Source: Fistulifera solaris (Eukaryota). Taken from it: a DNA stretch of 64,000 bases. Numbering within the stretch: the first letter of the stretch is position 1; each line of letters opens with the position of its first letter. This document shows positions 1 to 11,612 of the stretch, in pieces. Position numbers and translations under genes: made by a program. Under the pieces are notes generated by a model, which saw only the letters and a list, made by a program, of their open reading frames with translations, was not told where the DNA came from and did not search any database. The stretch lies in contig AP026127.1 in assembly GCA_030295235.1 (NCBI GenBank), positions 992,001 to 1,056,000 on the forward strand, in the 5' to 3' direction.

Positions 1-515
1 GAGGAGACGCTGCTAGTCATTTTGTGGCACGAAAAATGGCAATGAGTGAGCCAGCGACGGCCGGTGGGGACAAGTGGATGGCTCTGACTGGTACGGGGAC
101 ACTGTTGCAATATCTCACGCAAAGGTCGATGAAGATCTGCTTACTTCCAAGTCCTAAATCATTTAAAATAGTAAATACGGAAGAAGGAGATAGGATGGAA
201 CAGATGAAGGCTCAGCTGAATGATGTAAATTTTCACTCATTAATCAAGACGGGTGGCGATGCTGAACAAGTTTTGCAAACTGCTTTGCGTGACCTTGCCT
301 TGGACAGTCCTTTACGGATTCTCGTGGTTTCAGATCGGGATGAATACATTCGAGTCGCCAAAGAAAGTGGGCTGGTTACTTGTCGTATCATTCCGCCAAA
401 TGCTCGTCGGGGTAACGTTTCGGCTCATTATTCTGTCTCCTCTGTCCCAGATGTGAAAGACGTAGTCGATGAAATCAATGGCATCTCATTCAACGCTGTA
501 TTGCAAGGAAGATGA
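1..515 (+). CDS. 3' part of a probable HAD-like hydrolase-fold protein (5' end outside window)
   Basis: Open frame from the window edge. The C-terminus ILVVSDRDEYIRVAKESGLVTCRI resembles HAD motif IV and its downstream helix. Confidence 0.45.
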   Translation, partial: GDAASHFVARKMAMSEPATAGGDKWMALTGTGTLLQYLTQRSMKICLLPSPKSFKIVNTEEGDRMEQMKAQLNDVNFHSLIKTGGDAEQVLQTALRDLALDSPLRILVVSDRDEYIRVAKESGLVTCRIIPPNARRGNVSAHYSVSSVPDVKDVVDEINGISFNAVLQGR

Positions 516-552
516 AAGCCTATTAACTAGTCCCTCGTTTTTATTAGCCGAA

Positions 553-2172
553 CTAAAATTTTTGTAAAACACGATCCCACCATTTCTTTGAAGTCATTTC
601 TGTCAAGCGACTGATTGCTCTCCTGTAAGCATGAGGCTTGTCTCTACGCACACGCTCTACGTCTCCGATCAAAGCATCTGAGTCCATAGTCCATTCCTCG
701 TTCAAATTTTGTGAAATGTTTCCAGTTGAGGGCACGGAAGCAAAAATATCGTTGGGTTTGACGACACTGGAGCAAAGCAGTGCTCCGCGCGCTTCGTATA
801 ATTCGTCCATGAGTATGACAAAGCGTCTGGCCGGATCGATGTCACGCGTATCTGCAAGATCGAGTATCGGTATATCCTTGAGAACTAGAATCGGAAAGTG
901 GCGAGCAATCGCGCGAAATTCCAAGGTACCATAATCGTTGTCGCGACATAATTCATCAAATGTAAATTGTCCTACCCCGGTTCCCTTGACAGTAATCAGT
1001 CGCTGGAAACCAACGTTGAGATCGACAGGCGTGGAAGGATCGGAGCTAAACTCTAAAAGTAGATTTTCCGTTATCAATTCCATTCGCTCCGCTTGACATT
1101 GAAGATTGTCATCGTCAGGAAGCAGATACATGCTCTCTTCGTTCAGCAGACTTGGCAAGGTCCGATAGTCCACATTCGAGTCCAAGTAATCAATGATACA
1201 ATGCCGTTGTAAAAGAGCCACGAATCGGGAAAAGAACATGTCGGTGCTACCTTGGTATGACGAAGACAAGTTATCCGGAGGCTGATTGGATGTAGCCACC
1301 ACGACCGTCCCCAAAGTGAGCAAGACTTCCAATAATTGCGTTAATATGTAGGCATTGCCAACATCGGTCACTTGTAGTTCATCCAGGCATAATACGGTTG
1401 TTTCATTTGCCATTTGTAACGCTACATGCTGTACAGGATTGCTGATGTACTCCTCGGGCCGAACAATGTCATGTTCATCCGGTGCGTCGTGATCGCTGAT
1501 TGTTCCATGCACCCGCGGTTGCTTCCGTACTTCGTGAATCCTTTGGTGTAGTTCGTTCATGAAGGAATGAAAATGGACGCGACGGCCTTTCTTTTCCCGC
1601 TGGTTATACAAATCAAAAAACGTATCCATTAACATGCTTTTTCCGGTCCCCACCGCTCCATGAAGATACAATCCGCGTGGTATTCGAGGGAGCATGGGTC
1701 TTGCTGTGTCGCTAGTAGATTGTTTTTGCACCTCCGGATCCATTTCTTCCTGTTTCTGCTGCTCGTTCCGTCGCTGCTCTATAATACGTTCAATTTGTGT
1801 CTGATGCCATGTTTCAATAATCGGCAAATTAGAGTACCCAGTCAATGCTTCCAGAAGTCGATCAAGCCGTTTCGCAGCTCTCAATTGAATTCGATCAGTG
1901 GATAGCTCCCCCAGCGCAACTCTTTCTTGTAGCTGATCAACTACGGAACCAAGAGGACGAAAACAGAATATTGAGGCATTGGACGGCGGAAGAGTTCGTT
2001 TCTTCCTCGCAAACTGCCGGCTACCGACGAATGACCTGTACCGCATGTGACCCAGCCATGTTGTGTTGAGTATCGTCTTCATTTTATTGAATTTTATGGA
2101 CAAGAGACCATTCTGTTGGTCATCAACAACGAAATGTATCTCATTTCGATGCAATAAAGAGTTCCGCCGCAC
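553..2172 (-). CDS. AFG1/ZapE/LACE1-family ATPase
   Basis: GLYLHGAVGTGKSMLMDTF (Walker A), RVHFHSFM, LCLDELQVTD (Walker B), VVATSN, ARRFVILMDELYE, RAISRLTEM. True start uncertain (ATGs further in). Confidence 0.93.
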   Translation of the reverse strand: MRRNSLLHRNEIHFVVDDQQNGLLSIKFNKMKTILNTTWLGHMRYRSFVGSRQFARKKRTLPPSNASIFCFRPLGSVVDQLQERVALGELSTDRIQLRAAKRLDRLLEALTGYSNLPIIETWHQTQIERIIEQRRNEQQKQEEMDPEVQKQSTSDTARPMLPRIPRGLYLHGAVGTGKSMLMDTFFDLYNQREKKGRRVHFHSFMNELHQRIHEVRKQPRVHGTISDHDAPDEHDIVRPEEYISNPVQHVALQMANETTVLCLDELQVTDVGNAYILTQLLEVLLTLGTVVVATSNQPPDNLSSSYQGSTDMFFSRFVALLQRHCIIDYLDSNVDYRTLPSLLNEESMYLLPDDDNLQCQAERMELITENLLLEFSSDPSTPVDLNVGFQRLITVKGTGVGQFTFDELCRDNDYGTLEFRAIARHFPILVLKDIPILDLADTRDIDPARRFVILMDELYEARGALLCSSVVKPNDIFASVPSTGNISQNLNEEWTMDSDALIGDVERVRRDKPHAYRRAISRLTEMTSKKWWDRVLQKF

Positions 2173-2400
2173 GACTACATAAAATATTACAGTGTTCGCG
2201 AACTCCCCTTCACGGTACTCAGCAGCACATTTAACGCTACAGTGAAATCCGCCGCCTTTTTTCCTCTCGATATCGTCGTTTCACATTTTTCACACTTCCC
2301 TCCATGCGCGTCGTGCTTTCATTCTTTTCCCGTAGCTCTTTGACCGCTGACATTACATTCGTTTCAACAGCAATCTATTATACAGAGCAAATCTTTTACT

Positions 2401-3822
2401 ATGACATCTGATTACACAATCAAGCGCGTCGGAAACAAAGGCAACTATCGTCTCATCGGTTTGGAAAAGGTGGAAAATCTGGATGTATTCCTCAACGAAG
2501 TCGACGAGGCTACGCGACTGTGGATTGAAGATCTCAAAGTGTTTGCGACCAGTCAACCCAAGCAATCTCCCGGGGACTACATTCGCTTCAAGTGCGAAAT
2601 CGATGTAGATCATCAAATGCGTCCGACGCAGGTTCTTCTGTTTTACGGCAAGAAAGTCAAGTCGCTGGCTTTAGCAGTCGAACGCGTCTTGTCCCTCCCG
2701 GATGTTTGTCAAGATCGCAGTGTCGAGTTCTTGGGTTTGGCCGGTGGTACGAGCAAGAACCTGATTTTCTTGCCAGCGCAGCTTGAAAAGCTACTCACGT
2801 TACATGCTACCCGCTCGTACATGTTCACTTGCTTTGATCTTTCCCCCCAGCAAGCCATTTTGCTCGCGCGACACAATCTGGAGGGTGTACGATTTTGTTC
2901 GATCAGCGACAAAGGGGAAGCGTTGGTGAAGTATCTGGAACACAACAATGACAAACGCACTTTCGGAGCTTATATGCATCAGTTCAACAACGCGTGGAAC
3001 AACATTGTCACGTTTCTGACTCGCGCTCCCTGTCCGATATTCGAGGAACTATTATTCGATCCATGTCACAATACAAATGCTGGTTGCAACGCTTTCATCG
3101 TCCAGGCAAATGTCAAGTCGATTGCGATAACTCTCAGTCCCATTATTACTCGAACTCGAAAGGCGTCGTTCGAGCCGCTTCTTCATGCTCTGTACGACGG
3201 CACGCTCGTGGCTCCCAAACTTCGAGTATGCTTTGACACACACGACCGCAACCAAGGTATATTCCTGGACTTTTACACGATTGCTGTGCAAGCGTTGTTC
3301 GTTGCAATGTCTTCGAGAAAGTGTCAGCTGAAAGAGCTCCATTTGCAGCTGTCCGATGTGGCTGACGAACATACGTTGGATTTCATCGTCGAGAAATGCC
3401 TAATGCCAATGCTTCAGCAAAACAAAAGCCTCGAAACGTTGGGTATCGATGTCCTTGATCAGCTCCTACTGAATACTATTGCCAATCATCCCCGTCTTCG
3501 AAACATTGTTCACGCTCCCTTTGAGGAGCCGACACTCCGCGAGTACGGATTCCTTCGAGAATGGTATCCACAGAATCCGTCCCATCACATTTGGTTCGAG
3601 CACATGACAACCATCTTACCCCATGAAGGACGCCGCGTCGTCACGGAATGTCCGGTGAAAGAATGGCGGAAGTTTGTGTTCTTTTGTCAATTCAAGCGTC
3701 TTCGACACGTCAACAACGAACGGGCCCGCTCCCATTTGCTGGTCACGGCTTTGGCAAATCATTCTGATGCTCCGCAACAGATCTATTTCCTGTTGCGTGG
3801 TAATCAAGACCTCTTGGCGTGA
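2401..3822 (+). CDS. Lineage-expanded hypothetical protein with LRR/RNI-like C-terminus, tandem copy 1
   Basis: 473 aa. Shares RLWIEDLKVF, HNxxRTLG, CQLKELHLQ, NKSLETLGID, HPRLR and RSHLLV..L motifs with the three downstream ORFs. Confidence 0.8.
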   Translation: MTSDYTIKRVGNKGNYRLIGLEKVENLDVFLNEVDEATRLWIEDLKVFATSQPKQSPGDYIRFKCEIDVDHQMRPTQVLLFYGKKVKSLALAVERVLSLPDVCQDRSVEFLGLAGGTSKNLIFLPAQLEKLLTLHATRSYMFTCFDLSPQQAILLARHNLEGVRFCSISDKGEALVKYLEHNNDKRTFGAYMHQFNNAWNNIVTFLTRAPCPIFEELLFDPCHNTNAGCNAFIVQANVKSIAITLSPIITRTRKASFEPLLHALYDGTLVAPKLRVCFDTHDRNQGIFLDFYTIAVQALFVAMSSRKCQLKELHLQLSDVADEHTLDFIVEKCLMPMLQQNKSLETLGIDVLDQLLLNTIANHPRLRNIVHAPFEEPTLREYGFLREWYPQNPSHHIWFEHMTTILPHEGRRVVTECPVKEWRKFVFFCQFKRLRHVNNERARSHLLVTALANHSDAPQQIYFLLRGNQDLLA

Positions 3823-5585
3823 TCCTGGAATATTCTGCGTGTGACTTGTTCGCCTGTAACTTCGACCTAGCAACTCATTCATAGTACACTCTCCCGACAT
3901 TCCGAAATCCCGAAATAATACTTTAGATGTAGCTGATGCTGGGCTTCGAAAAATCACGCGAGTTGCCTACATGTCGCCACATTCCCACTTGTCAAACGTC
4001 ATATGCCCAAAGAGCATGGCATGGGTCCTGTTTAATGTTATGTCGAGAAAATGCTAGACACACGCCACGCAGATGCAGTCAATAGAGTCTTCATTTCCGA
4101 CTTCAAACTCGTATGAGTTGACTATCGACACTCTTCTTGCACCGGACTAATGCATGCCGATCTACCGCGTGTCGAACCAATAGGCAGTCGAATAAAGTAG
4201 ATTGTGAGCGGACTTGGTGTCTCCGGTGTTTTCGCTGTGAAATGACAGGCTCCACTTAGATTTGCTGTGTTGCCGGCCATTGAGCTTGGCTGTTGTCGCG
4301 AACAATTGTTTGTCATCCGCATTTGCTCCTTTCTTCACTTGCTGACAAGAGTCATAATCATTCAGTCAGTCCACCGCGAAAATGTCGCAATTTTCTGTTT
4401 TAACCGGCAAGGTTTATTTGTATAAGATCCACATTTTCGTCGCATGTCGTTCCTATTTCGTCGGTTGATTTTTGCAGATGCACCAATCGGGCACCTTTCT
4501 GCTTCGACTTTAAAGATTGCTTTTTCAGTAAAACTGTGTTTCGAAGTCACCTATACTAGTTCAGTTAGCATTCTGTCTTTCATCGATTGTTGTACTTGAC
4601 TGGTGACAAGTATATTCCGATCGGAGCCGAATGACAAAATAACCGACAAGCGACATCAGCACATCAGTGAAATGCTGCAACTCGTCTATACAGTCAACTA
4701 GTTTAAAGCGATTACAATGGTTTCCGTCGTTTCGAAACAAAAACACTTCCTTTTGTCACTATCACCGACAATTAGGAGGTAAAAACGACAGAAACTGCGC
4801 AATACACTCGTAATCCTTCGCACGGCCTATGATTTCTTAAACAGAACCGGGAGGATTTCAATATTAATTGTCGAGCCATTGTAGCTCGAGCAGCTCGATC
4901 AAGACGATTAACTTTAGAGGAAATGGCTTATATTATGCAAAACTCATGATCTCCGTTGTTATTTTTTTTGTCGTCGGCATCGGCATCGGCACCGCATCGC
5001 TCATCGCTCATCGCATTTTTTTCTTTCTCGCTCGGTGACGACCTGATGCCTCGTGACAGAGGACCGAAAAGTAGTCTTGGTGACGTCCTACTTTCACTGT
5101 AAATGATAGTTCGATTGCCGCGAACGATAGACTATATCATAAAGTGTAGATGACCTTTTCTCGGACTAAACTCTACTGCAGTTAGTCACGAGACATGTTT
5201 GCTGCATTAACTACTGACTAATCGTTCGCCTAGTCTAGGTCTATGCTTTAAAAAACCATTTTCAAAAAATAATTTTAACTTTATTTCTACCTTTGGAAGG
5301 ATTCTCAGAACCCGATTTTTGGTTCTAATGAGTTTGAGAGCCTTACTAGGTCGAGCTAGAGACTAAACTCAATCCTTGCCGTTCAAGCATTTAATCCATA
5401 TCGCTATTGCGCTTTCGCCCACCAAAAACAAGGTCATTCGTTTTGCGACAAAACCCTTTGCGGTCATCACGATGCGGTTGCATGCATCGACGCATCGGTG
5501 ATCGTTCTCTTCCCGTGAAGCAATAATACGCAAGGTGCTTCCTCGATACACTCATAATCGCGTTTCGCGGAGCACAATACAAAGA

Positions 5586-7049
5586 ATGCCCTATTCAATC
5601 AAGCGCCTTCGCATCAAAGGTGATTTCTGTCTGTTTAATCTGCAGAATGTCGATAGTTTCGATGTCTTTGTGAGCGAAGTCAACAAGGCTTCGCGACTGT
5701 GGATCGATGACCTAAAAGTTTTTGTGAGAAGTGAGGATATACCCGCTCCTGATGGCTACATTAGAGTGAAATGCGAAATAGATCCTTACTATAGATTTGA
5801 TGAATCATCGCAGCTTGTGACATTCTACGGAAAAGATTTGGCTGCTTTGAGAACCACGATCATGACTGTTTTTAGTCTTCCGGATTCGCGAGAAGATCGA
5901 GTCATTAGGTTGCTGGGAATAACAGAAGAAGGCAGTTGTACGGACCTCATTCTTTCCCCGGAACAGCTGCAGACCCTTCTTTGCTCGCACGAGTCCCGCT
6001 CGTATAAGTTTCAACAATTCAACCTCTCAGCAGAGCAATCTGTTGTGCTAGCGAAGGAGACTGACCTGAATGGCCTCTGGTATTGCCCATTGCAGGATGA
6101 AGGTCTGGCGCTATTGAATTATGTGCAGCATCACAATGAAAGAAGAACCCTGGGTGAGTTTTGTAGTCAATTTGGTTCTGAAAAAACTTGGGAGAACATT
6201 ATCACATTCTTGGGCCAATCTCCATACCCAGTTTTCGAGGAACTTGTAATTGATCAGCACAATATTTATCACCGTGATTCGCATGTGAACGCTCGTCATG
6301 TTCGGGCGAACGTCAAGTCGTTGACGATTATGGTTGATCCTTATCTATTTCGTCATAGTGACGAATGTGAGCCGATTGTCGAGGCCCTGCGCGATGGAAG
6401 TTTTGTACCGCCCAAACTATGTTTGTGTTTTGATACACACGATCCTGTTCTGGATGAAGTTATCGAAGTGTATGAGACTGTACTAGAGGAACTGTTTGGT
6501 GCCATGTCGTCGAGTGGATGCCAATTGAAAGAGCTGCACATGCAGATAGAATTGGCCAAGCTTACTAGTACCGTTAGCGTCTTTGAACAGCACTTAATCG
6601 ATATGCTGGAAGAGAATACGAGCCTAGAGACGCTTACCATCGATAGCACCGCTGGTCCTTTACAATTTTCAGCAATGAGGGTCTTGGAAAGTGCGGAAAA
6701 GCATCCGCGTCTTCGAAAAATAGTTTTCTTGCCTCCTTATGGTCGTGAACCGCCGCCGATTGGTCAGTCCGGACAATTTCAGATGTGGCATCGCACGAAT
6801 CTTTCGCATTCTATTCAATTTGCTGATTCGTGCAAGATAAGACGCCAAGAAGGTTGCCGTGTCGTCACCAAGTTTGAGGTTGAGAAATGGCAGGATTTCG
6901 TCTTTTGTGATCGATTTGAGCTTTTACGCCAAGTGGAGGACGAAAATGTTCGCTGCCATTTGCTTGTAGAAGCTTTGGCGGATCATTCTAGTAACCCCCA
7001 GCGTGTCTATTCTCTATTGTCAAGAAATCAGGACACATTTGTAAAGTGA
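5586..7049 (+). CDS. Lineage-expanded hypothetical protein with LRR/RNI-like C-terminus, tandem copy 2
   Basis: ATG at 5586 (MPYSIKR) aligns with the copy 1 start; same motif series. Confidence 0.8.
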   Translation: MPYSIKRLRIKGDFCLFNLQNVDSFDVFVSEVNKASRLWIDDLKVFVRSEDIPAPDGYIRVKCEIDPYYRFDESSQLVTFYGKDLAALRTTIMTVFSLPDSREDRVIRLLGITEEGSCTDLILSPEQLQTLLCSHESRSYKFQQFNLSAEQSVVLAKETDLNGLWYCPLQDEGLALLNYVQHHNERRTLGEFCSQFGSEKTWENIITFLGQSPYPVFEELVIDQHNIYHRDSHVNARHVRANVKSLTIMVDPYLFRHSDECEPIVEALRDGSFVPPKLCLCFDTHDPVLDEVIEVYETVLEELFGAMSSSGCQLKELHMQIELAKLTSTVSVFEQHLIDMLEENTSLETLTIDSTAGPLQFSAMRVLESAEKHPRLRKIVFLPPYGREPPPIGQSGQFQMWHRTNLSHSIQFADSCKIRRQEGCRVVTKFEVEKWQDFVFCDRFELLRQVEDENVRCHLLVEALADHSSNPQRVYSLLSRNQDTFVK

Positions 7050-7394
7050 ATAAATAAAGCAGGACCCGCAATGAATTCATGCAACTTATTCAACCTGGCA
7101 AAATGGGACGATTGAACTAGAGAACTATCCGCGGCTTTTACTCGCAAGGTTGATTTCTTCAACGACTCAAGTCGGAACCATCACGACAGGTTTTCTTCTG
7201 CACTCCGGATATGTTTCGAGAACTCCAATTCTGTACGTTTTCGATTACGGTCAATAAACCTGATATTCTTAATTATCGGTTCTCATGACGCGTTCATCTT
7301 CGTAGTCTTCGTAATTGAAAAGCAATGTAGCCGCTTGATAAAATCATAAGCATTTTGCTGATTCGAAACGGAAGCGAACTAACGTTACAATACC

Positions 7395-8809
7395 ATGTCC
7401 CATTCAAGTAAGCGTCGCAAAACGAAAGACAGCTCTTCGTTGATCGATCTGGAGCGTGTCGAGAGTCTCGATATGCTTCTGGGCGAGATAAAGCAAGACG
7501 AACAGATCTGGATTGAAAATTTTGATGTTTTCGTAACGACCGACAACACAGCATCACATGAGGATTACATCCACTTGAACTGCGATGTTGATTCCAACAC
7601 AGACTCATCAGTACTGCTAACGTTTTACAGCAAAACTCTATTGTCGTTGACGTCGACGGTAGAGGAGGTCTTATCTCTCCCTGATTTACGCCAGCAGCGA
7701 AACATCGGATTTTTGGGATCAATGGGCGAAACGTATGAGGACTTGATTTTCACGCCAGAACAACTAGAAAAAATCTTTTCGGCTCGAGAGACACGCACAT
7801 ACTCGTTCTGGTACCTCAATCTGTCTCCTGAGCAATCTGTCGTGCTTGCCGCAAAAACCAAGCTGGAGGCCATCTGGTTTTGTTCTATAAGAGACAAGGG
7901 TCTAGCACTGATAGATTGGTTAGAACACCATAATGAAGGAAGAACGCTAGGATCGTTCTCATGTCAATTTTACAATGCATGGGAGAACATCCTCGAGTTC
8001 TTGTGCCGTTCGATGTACCCTGTCTTTGATCAGATTGTCTTGGACCAGTTTCACCGGTATAGCAATATGTCTTTGACGTATGAACTCCTTGTCAGCGCAA
8101 ATGTCGGGTCGATTCTTGAGCTAATAAACCCCTATAGTTTTGTGGGCGACGACTGCAAAATATTGATTCAAAGCCTTGAAAATGGTACGCTTCGCTGTCC
8201 CAAGCTCGAATTGTGTTTCGATGCGGAAAGCTCTGAATTAGATCAGAAGCTCGACTTTTTGAAGTTGGGTTTAAGCGGTACGCTCATGCCATGTCTTCGC
8301 CCAAATGCACGTTGAAGGAACTTCATTTACAGATGGAAACGGTACGGCTCAGTGATTCGGCGGTTGTGTTCGAAAGTTACTTAGTAGCGATGCTACATGA
8401 AAACCAGAGTCTTAGCACTTTGGGAATCGACAGCCTCGTAGAACCATTGGGCTTCCCTGCAATGGGGATACTGAATGCAGCAACAGAGCATCCCAAACTC
8501 CGAACGCTGAAATTCATCTCCCCTGCCACCCTCGACCCACCAAACCCTGAAAGTTCAGAACCGTTTCAAGTGTGGGTTCGAGAAAATCTTTACCATTCTG
8601 TTCGCTTCCACAACTCGCACTTCGACACAAAGTACAACAAAGACCAATGGCAGGACTGCATCTTTTTCAGTCGATGTAGTCTTCTTCACAACGTACCGGA
8701 CGAACGGATACGTTCATACCTGCTTGTCGCTTTACTTGCAAATCAGCAACACTCTGTGCATCGAGTTCGTTTCCTTCTGTCATGGAATCGCGACGTGTTT
8801 ACGAAGTAA
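7395..8809 (+). CDS. Tandem copy 3 of the same family, split by one frameshift near 8280
   Basis: ORFs 7395-8315 and 8291-8809 are consecutive halves of the family protein; closest to copy 4 (YSFWYLNLSPEQSVVLAAKT identical). Confidence 0.75.
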
Positions 8810-9200
8810 ATGCAAAGGATGAAAACTTAACGAAGTGTTACGCGTCGTCCCGTACTCCAGGTACATCATAGAAATTGACCGTGCAGTGCACTCTTTAAAT
8901 GTTGCAACGTTGTATGGTGAAAACCATGAGGTTACATTCCAATCGCCTAGTGTGGAAAACGCATGCCATTCCGAGCGTATGTTGCACTTCAAGATTCTTC
9001 CGTTCGGAAGGATGATTTTCAAGTGTTCGCAAAAGGCGTTGAATCTTTCTGAAGGAATCATTCCGGAAACAAAGAACTCTGTTGTGGTGACGGTTCTCAT
9101 CTTTGTTTACTTTCCAAAAACATGGTTGAGGCTTTGAAAATGTTCTTTTGAGCCATCCTTCAACGCTAATTATTCTAAAAGAGAAAAGAACACAATTTTC

Positions 9201-10625
9201 ATGATGCTGCAATTCGGGACGAGTTTTATGTTGCCGTGCGATGATTGTTTAGTTGACTTGGAATCAGTTCAAACTTTTGACGCGTTCATTAGTGCGGTCA
9301 ACAAAACAAATCGATTGTGGATCAGAGACGTCAACGTGTTTATCACAACTCACAATTGCTCATCTTATGATGGATACATCCAATTTAAATGCAATATAGA
9401 TTCTGACAAGCATTTGACACCATCGCATACCATAAGGTTTTGCGGCAAGGACGTGACATCGCTAACTTCCATCATCGAAAGTATCTTGTGTCTTCCTGAC
9501 ATGAAGTTAGAACGTTCCATTGCATTTTCAGGTGCCAGTGAGGACTACGAGGACTTGATCCTTACACCGGAGCAGTTGCACCGCATTTTCGATGCACATG
9601 AATCCCGTTCATACTCATTCTGGTATCTCAATCTTTCTCCTGAGCAATCAGTCGTCCTTGCAGCCAAAACGAATATGGAGGGTATTTGGTTTTGTTCACT
9701 AAGCGACAAGGGTCAGGCTTTGGTGCACTGGCTTGAAAATCATAATGAACAAAGAACGCTAGGGTCGTTCTCGTGTCAGTATTATGGTGCCTGGGAGAAT
9801 ATTCTCGAATTTACATGCCGCTCGTCGTACCCAGTCTTCAACCAGATCGTGTACGACCAGTTCTATGTAATCAACAGCGATCCGTACCGATATTCACTTC
9901 TTGTCAACGCAAATGTCAATTCGATATCGGTCTTAGTGAACCCCTATAGTTTTGCGAACGGAGAATGCGACGTACTTCTTCATGCTCTTGGCAACGGAAC
10001 TATGGTATCCCCCAAAATAGAGTTTGACTTTGATGCGGACAGCTCCGAACTCGACGAGAGACTCGAGCTGTTCGAGATTGGCCTTCACGCCCTGTTTGCA
10101 GCAATTTCTTTGCCTGGATGCACCTTGAAAGAACTCGATTTGAAAATGGAAACGGTTCGGCTCAGCAGGTCTGCAATTGTTTTTGAAGAGCACATTATCG
10201 ACATGTTGCAACAGAACAAACACCTGGAGACGTTGGGTCTCAACTGCACCGTAGCACCGTTGCAATTTCCCGCAATGGGAATCATGAATGCCGCGGCGCA
10301 GCATCCGTGTCTTAGGAAACTGATATTCATTCCTCCACCCCATTTGGAGCCGCCCGCAGTGGAATCCTTTTCACCCTTTCCAGTGTGGATTCAGAGCCAC
10401 CTGGACCATTGTATTCAATTCCATGATTGGGGACGCAACAGCGTCAAACAGCAAACGGAAAAGTGGCAGAATTATGTCTTTCTCAGTCGCTTCGCGCTCT
10501 TGCAACAGGTCAACGACGAACGGATCAGGTCTCATTTACTGGTCATGGCCTTGTCAAATCATTCATCTGCGCCGCAGAATGTCTATTTTCTCTTGTCTTG
10601 GAATGTAGATGCTTTTGCAAAGTAA
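9201..10625 (+). CDS. Tandem copy 4 of the same family
   Basis: 474 aa intact ORF with the same motifs. Confidence 0.8.
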   Translation: MMLQFGTSFMLPCDDCLVDLESVQTFDAFISAVNKTNRLWIRDVNVFITTHNCSSYDGYIQFKCNIDSDKHLTPSHTIRFCGKDVTSLTSIIESILCLPDMKLERSIAFSGASEDYEDLILTPEQLHRIFDAHESRSYSFWYLNLSPEQSVVLAAKTNMEGIWFCSLSDKGQALVHWLENHNEQRTLGSFSCQYYGAWENILEFTCRSSYPVFNQIVYDQFYVINSDPYRYSLLVNANVNSISVLVNPYSFANGECDVLLHALGNGTMVSPKIEFDFDADSSELDERLELFEIGLHALFAAISLPGCTLKELDLKMETVRLSRSAIVFEEHIIDMLQQNKHLETLGLNCTVAPLQFPAMGIMNAAAQHPCLRKLIFIPPPHLEPPAVESFSPFPVWIQSHLDHCIQFHDWGRNSVKQQTEKWQNYVFLSRFALLQQVNDERIRSHLLVMALSNHSSAPQNVYFLLSWNVDAFAK

Positions 10626-10648
10626 ACTAAAACACTGCCGTGTCTCAA

Positions 10649-11242
10649 CTACTGCTTTCGTGATATCGACGTTGTTGATGTCGAAGAGCTCATATAAAGT
10701 AAATGCTGTCGAGCGCCCGATAATAGCAATCGTTTTGAATACCACATGTGAGCCGGATAAAGGAACCGAATGATGGCATCGGGCTCTTTCGTCAAAGTCC
10801 CGAACTGATAGGTGATATCTTGATCGTTCGGTGAAATTGCCAACCAAGTCAAAAACGGACCGCTGTCCAGAATAAGTTCGTTTCTAGTGACAAGCGAGTC
10901 TTCGCTTTGCTTTTCTTCCACGACGCGGAAAAATCCCGAGCCGAATGACGCTGGCTTGGCATCGGGAGGAGGAGCACCGGACCGCTGATCTTTGAAATTC
11001 ATGCACCAACGAATTGAACGTAACAGCAATGACTCCAATCGGAAAGCTTTGCTCTGAAAGAAACACGTAGCCCAGCGTTGTGCCGAGAAAATGTCGTTGG
11101 AACTCATCTGCTGCGTTGTAGAAGAAGGGGCAGTGACACGCAACGCCAGGCAATCATGGATTGATCGAGGGTGACGCTGCGAATGAAGCGCCAAAAGTGA
11201 ATCCTTCGGCGCTGTGCATGCTACTATCTTGGATAATTTCAT
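10649..11242 (-). CDS. Hypothetical protein (~197 aa)
   Basis: ATG at 11242 (MKLSKIV); uninterrupted protein-like ORF convergent with copy 4. Confidence 0.6.
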   Translation of the reverse strand: MKLSKIVACTAPKDSLLALHSQRHPRSIHDCLALRVTAPSSTTQQMSSNDIFSAQRWATCFFQSKAFRLESLLLRSIRWCMNFKDQRSGAPPPDAKPASFGSGFFRVVEEKQSEDSLVTRNELILDSGPFLTWLAISPNDQDITYQFGTLTKEPDAIIRFLYPAHMWYSKRLLLSGARQHLLYMSSSTSTTSISRKQ

Positions 11243-11400
11243 TTTAATAGATGAATGATGTGTAGTATGAATGAGGAGGTGAGTGGAAGAGGGGAAAGAA
11301 TGTACTCGGTAACAAATATCAGTCGATGCAACCGTTCGAATGAAAACACGAGACGCATTCGATCTTTTTTGTCGAGAGGACGGCGAAAGTTGGGCGTGTG

Positions 11401-11612
11401 GTATTTTCACGTATCCAGAAAATGTGGGGGTTTGGTATTTTCACGTGTCCAGAAAATGTGGGGACGTTGTATTTTCACTCATCCAGAAAATGTGGGGGAG
11501 CGGTATTTTCAAGTGTCCAGAAAATGTGGGCGTGTGAGGTTTTCACGTACCCAGAAAATGCGAAGGGGTGGTATTTCCAAGTGTCCAGAAAATGTGGGGA
11601 CGTGGTGTTTTC
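11401..11612. repeat. Tandem array of six 34-bp units plus a partial seventh
   Basis: Consensus gtattttcacgtgtccagaaaatgtggggNNNNN, units starting at 11401, 11435, 11469, 11503, 11537 and 11571. Confidence 0.92.

Noticed and set aside
3960..5500. Long spacer between tandem copies 1 and 2 as a possible TE or RNA gene
   Set aside because: No terminal repeats, TSD, tRNA fold or coding motifs that I could identify.
11401..11612. CRISPR-like array (palindromic ~30-bp repeats)
   Set aside because: Units are head-to-tail with only ~5 variable bases and no unique spacers; no cas genes; eukaryotic context.
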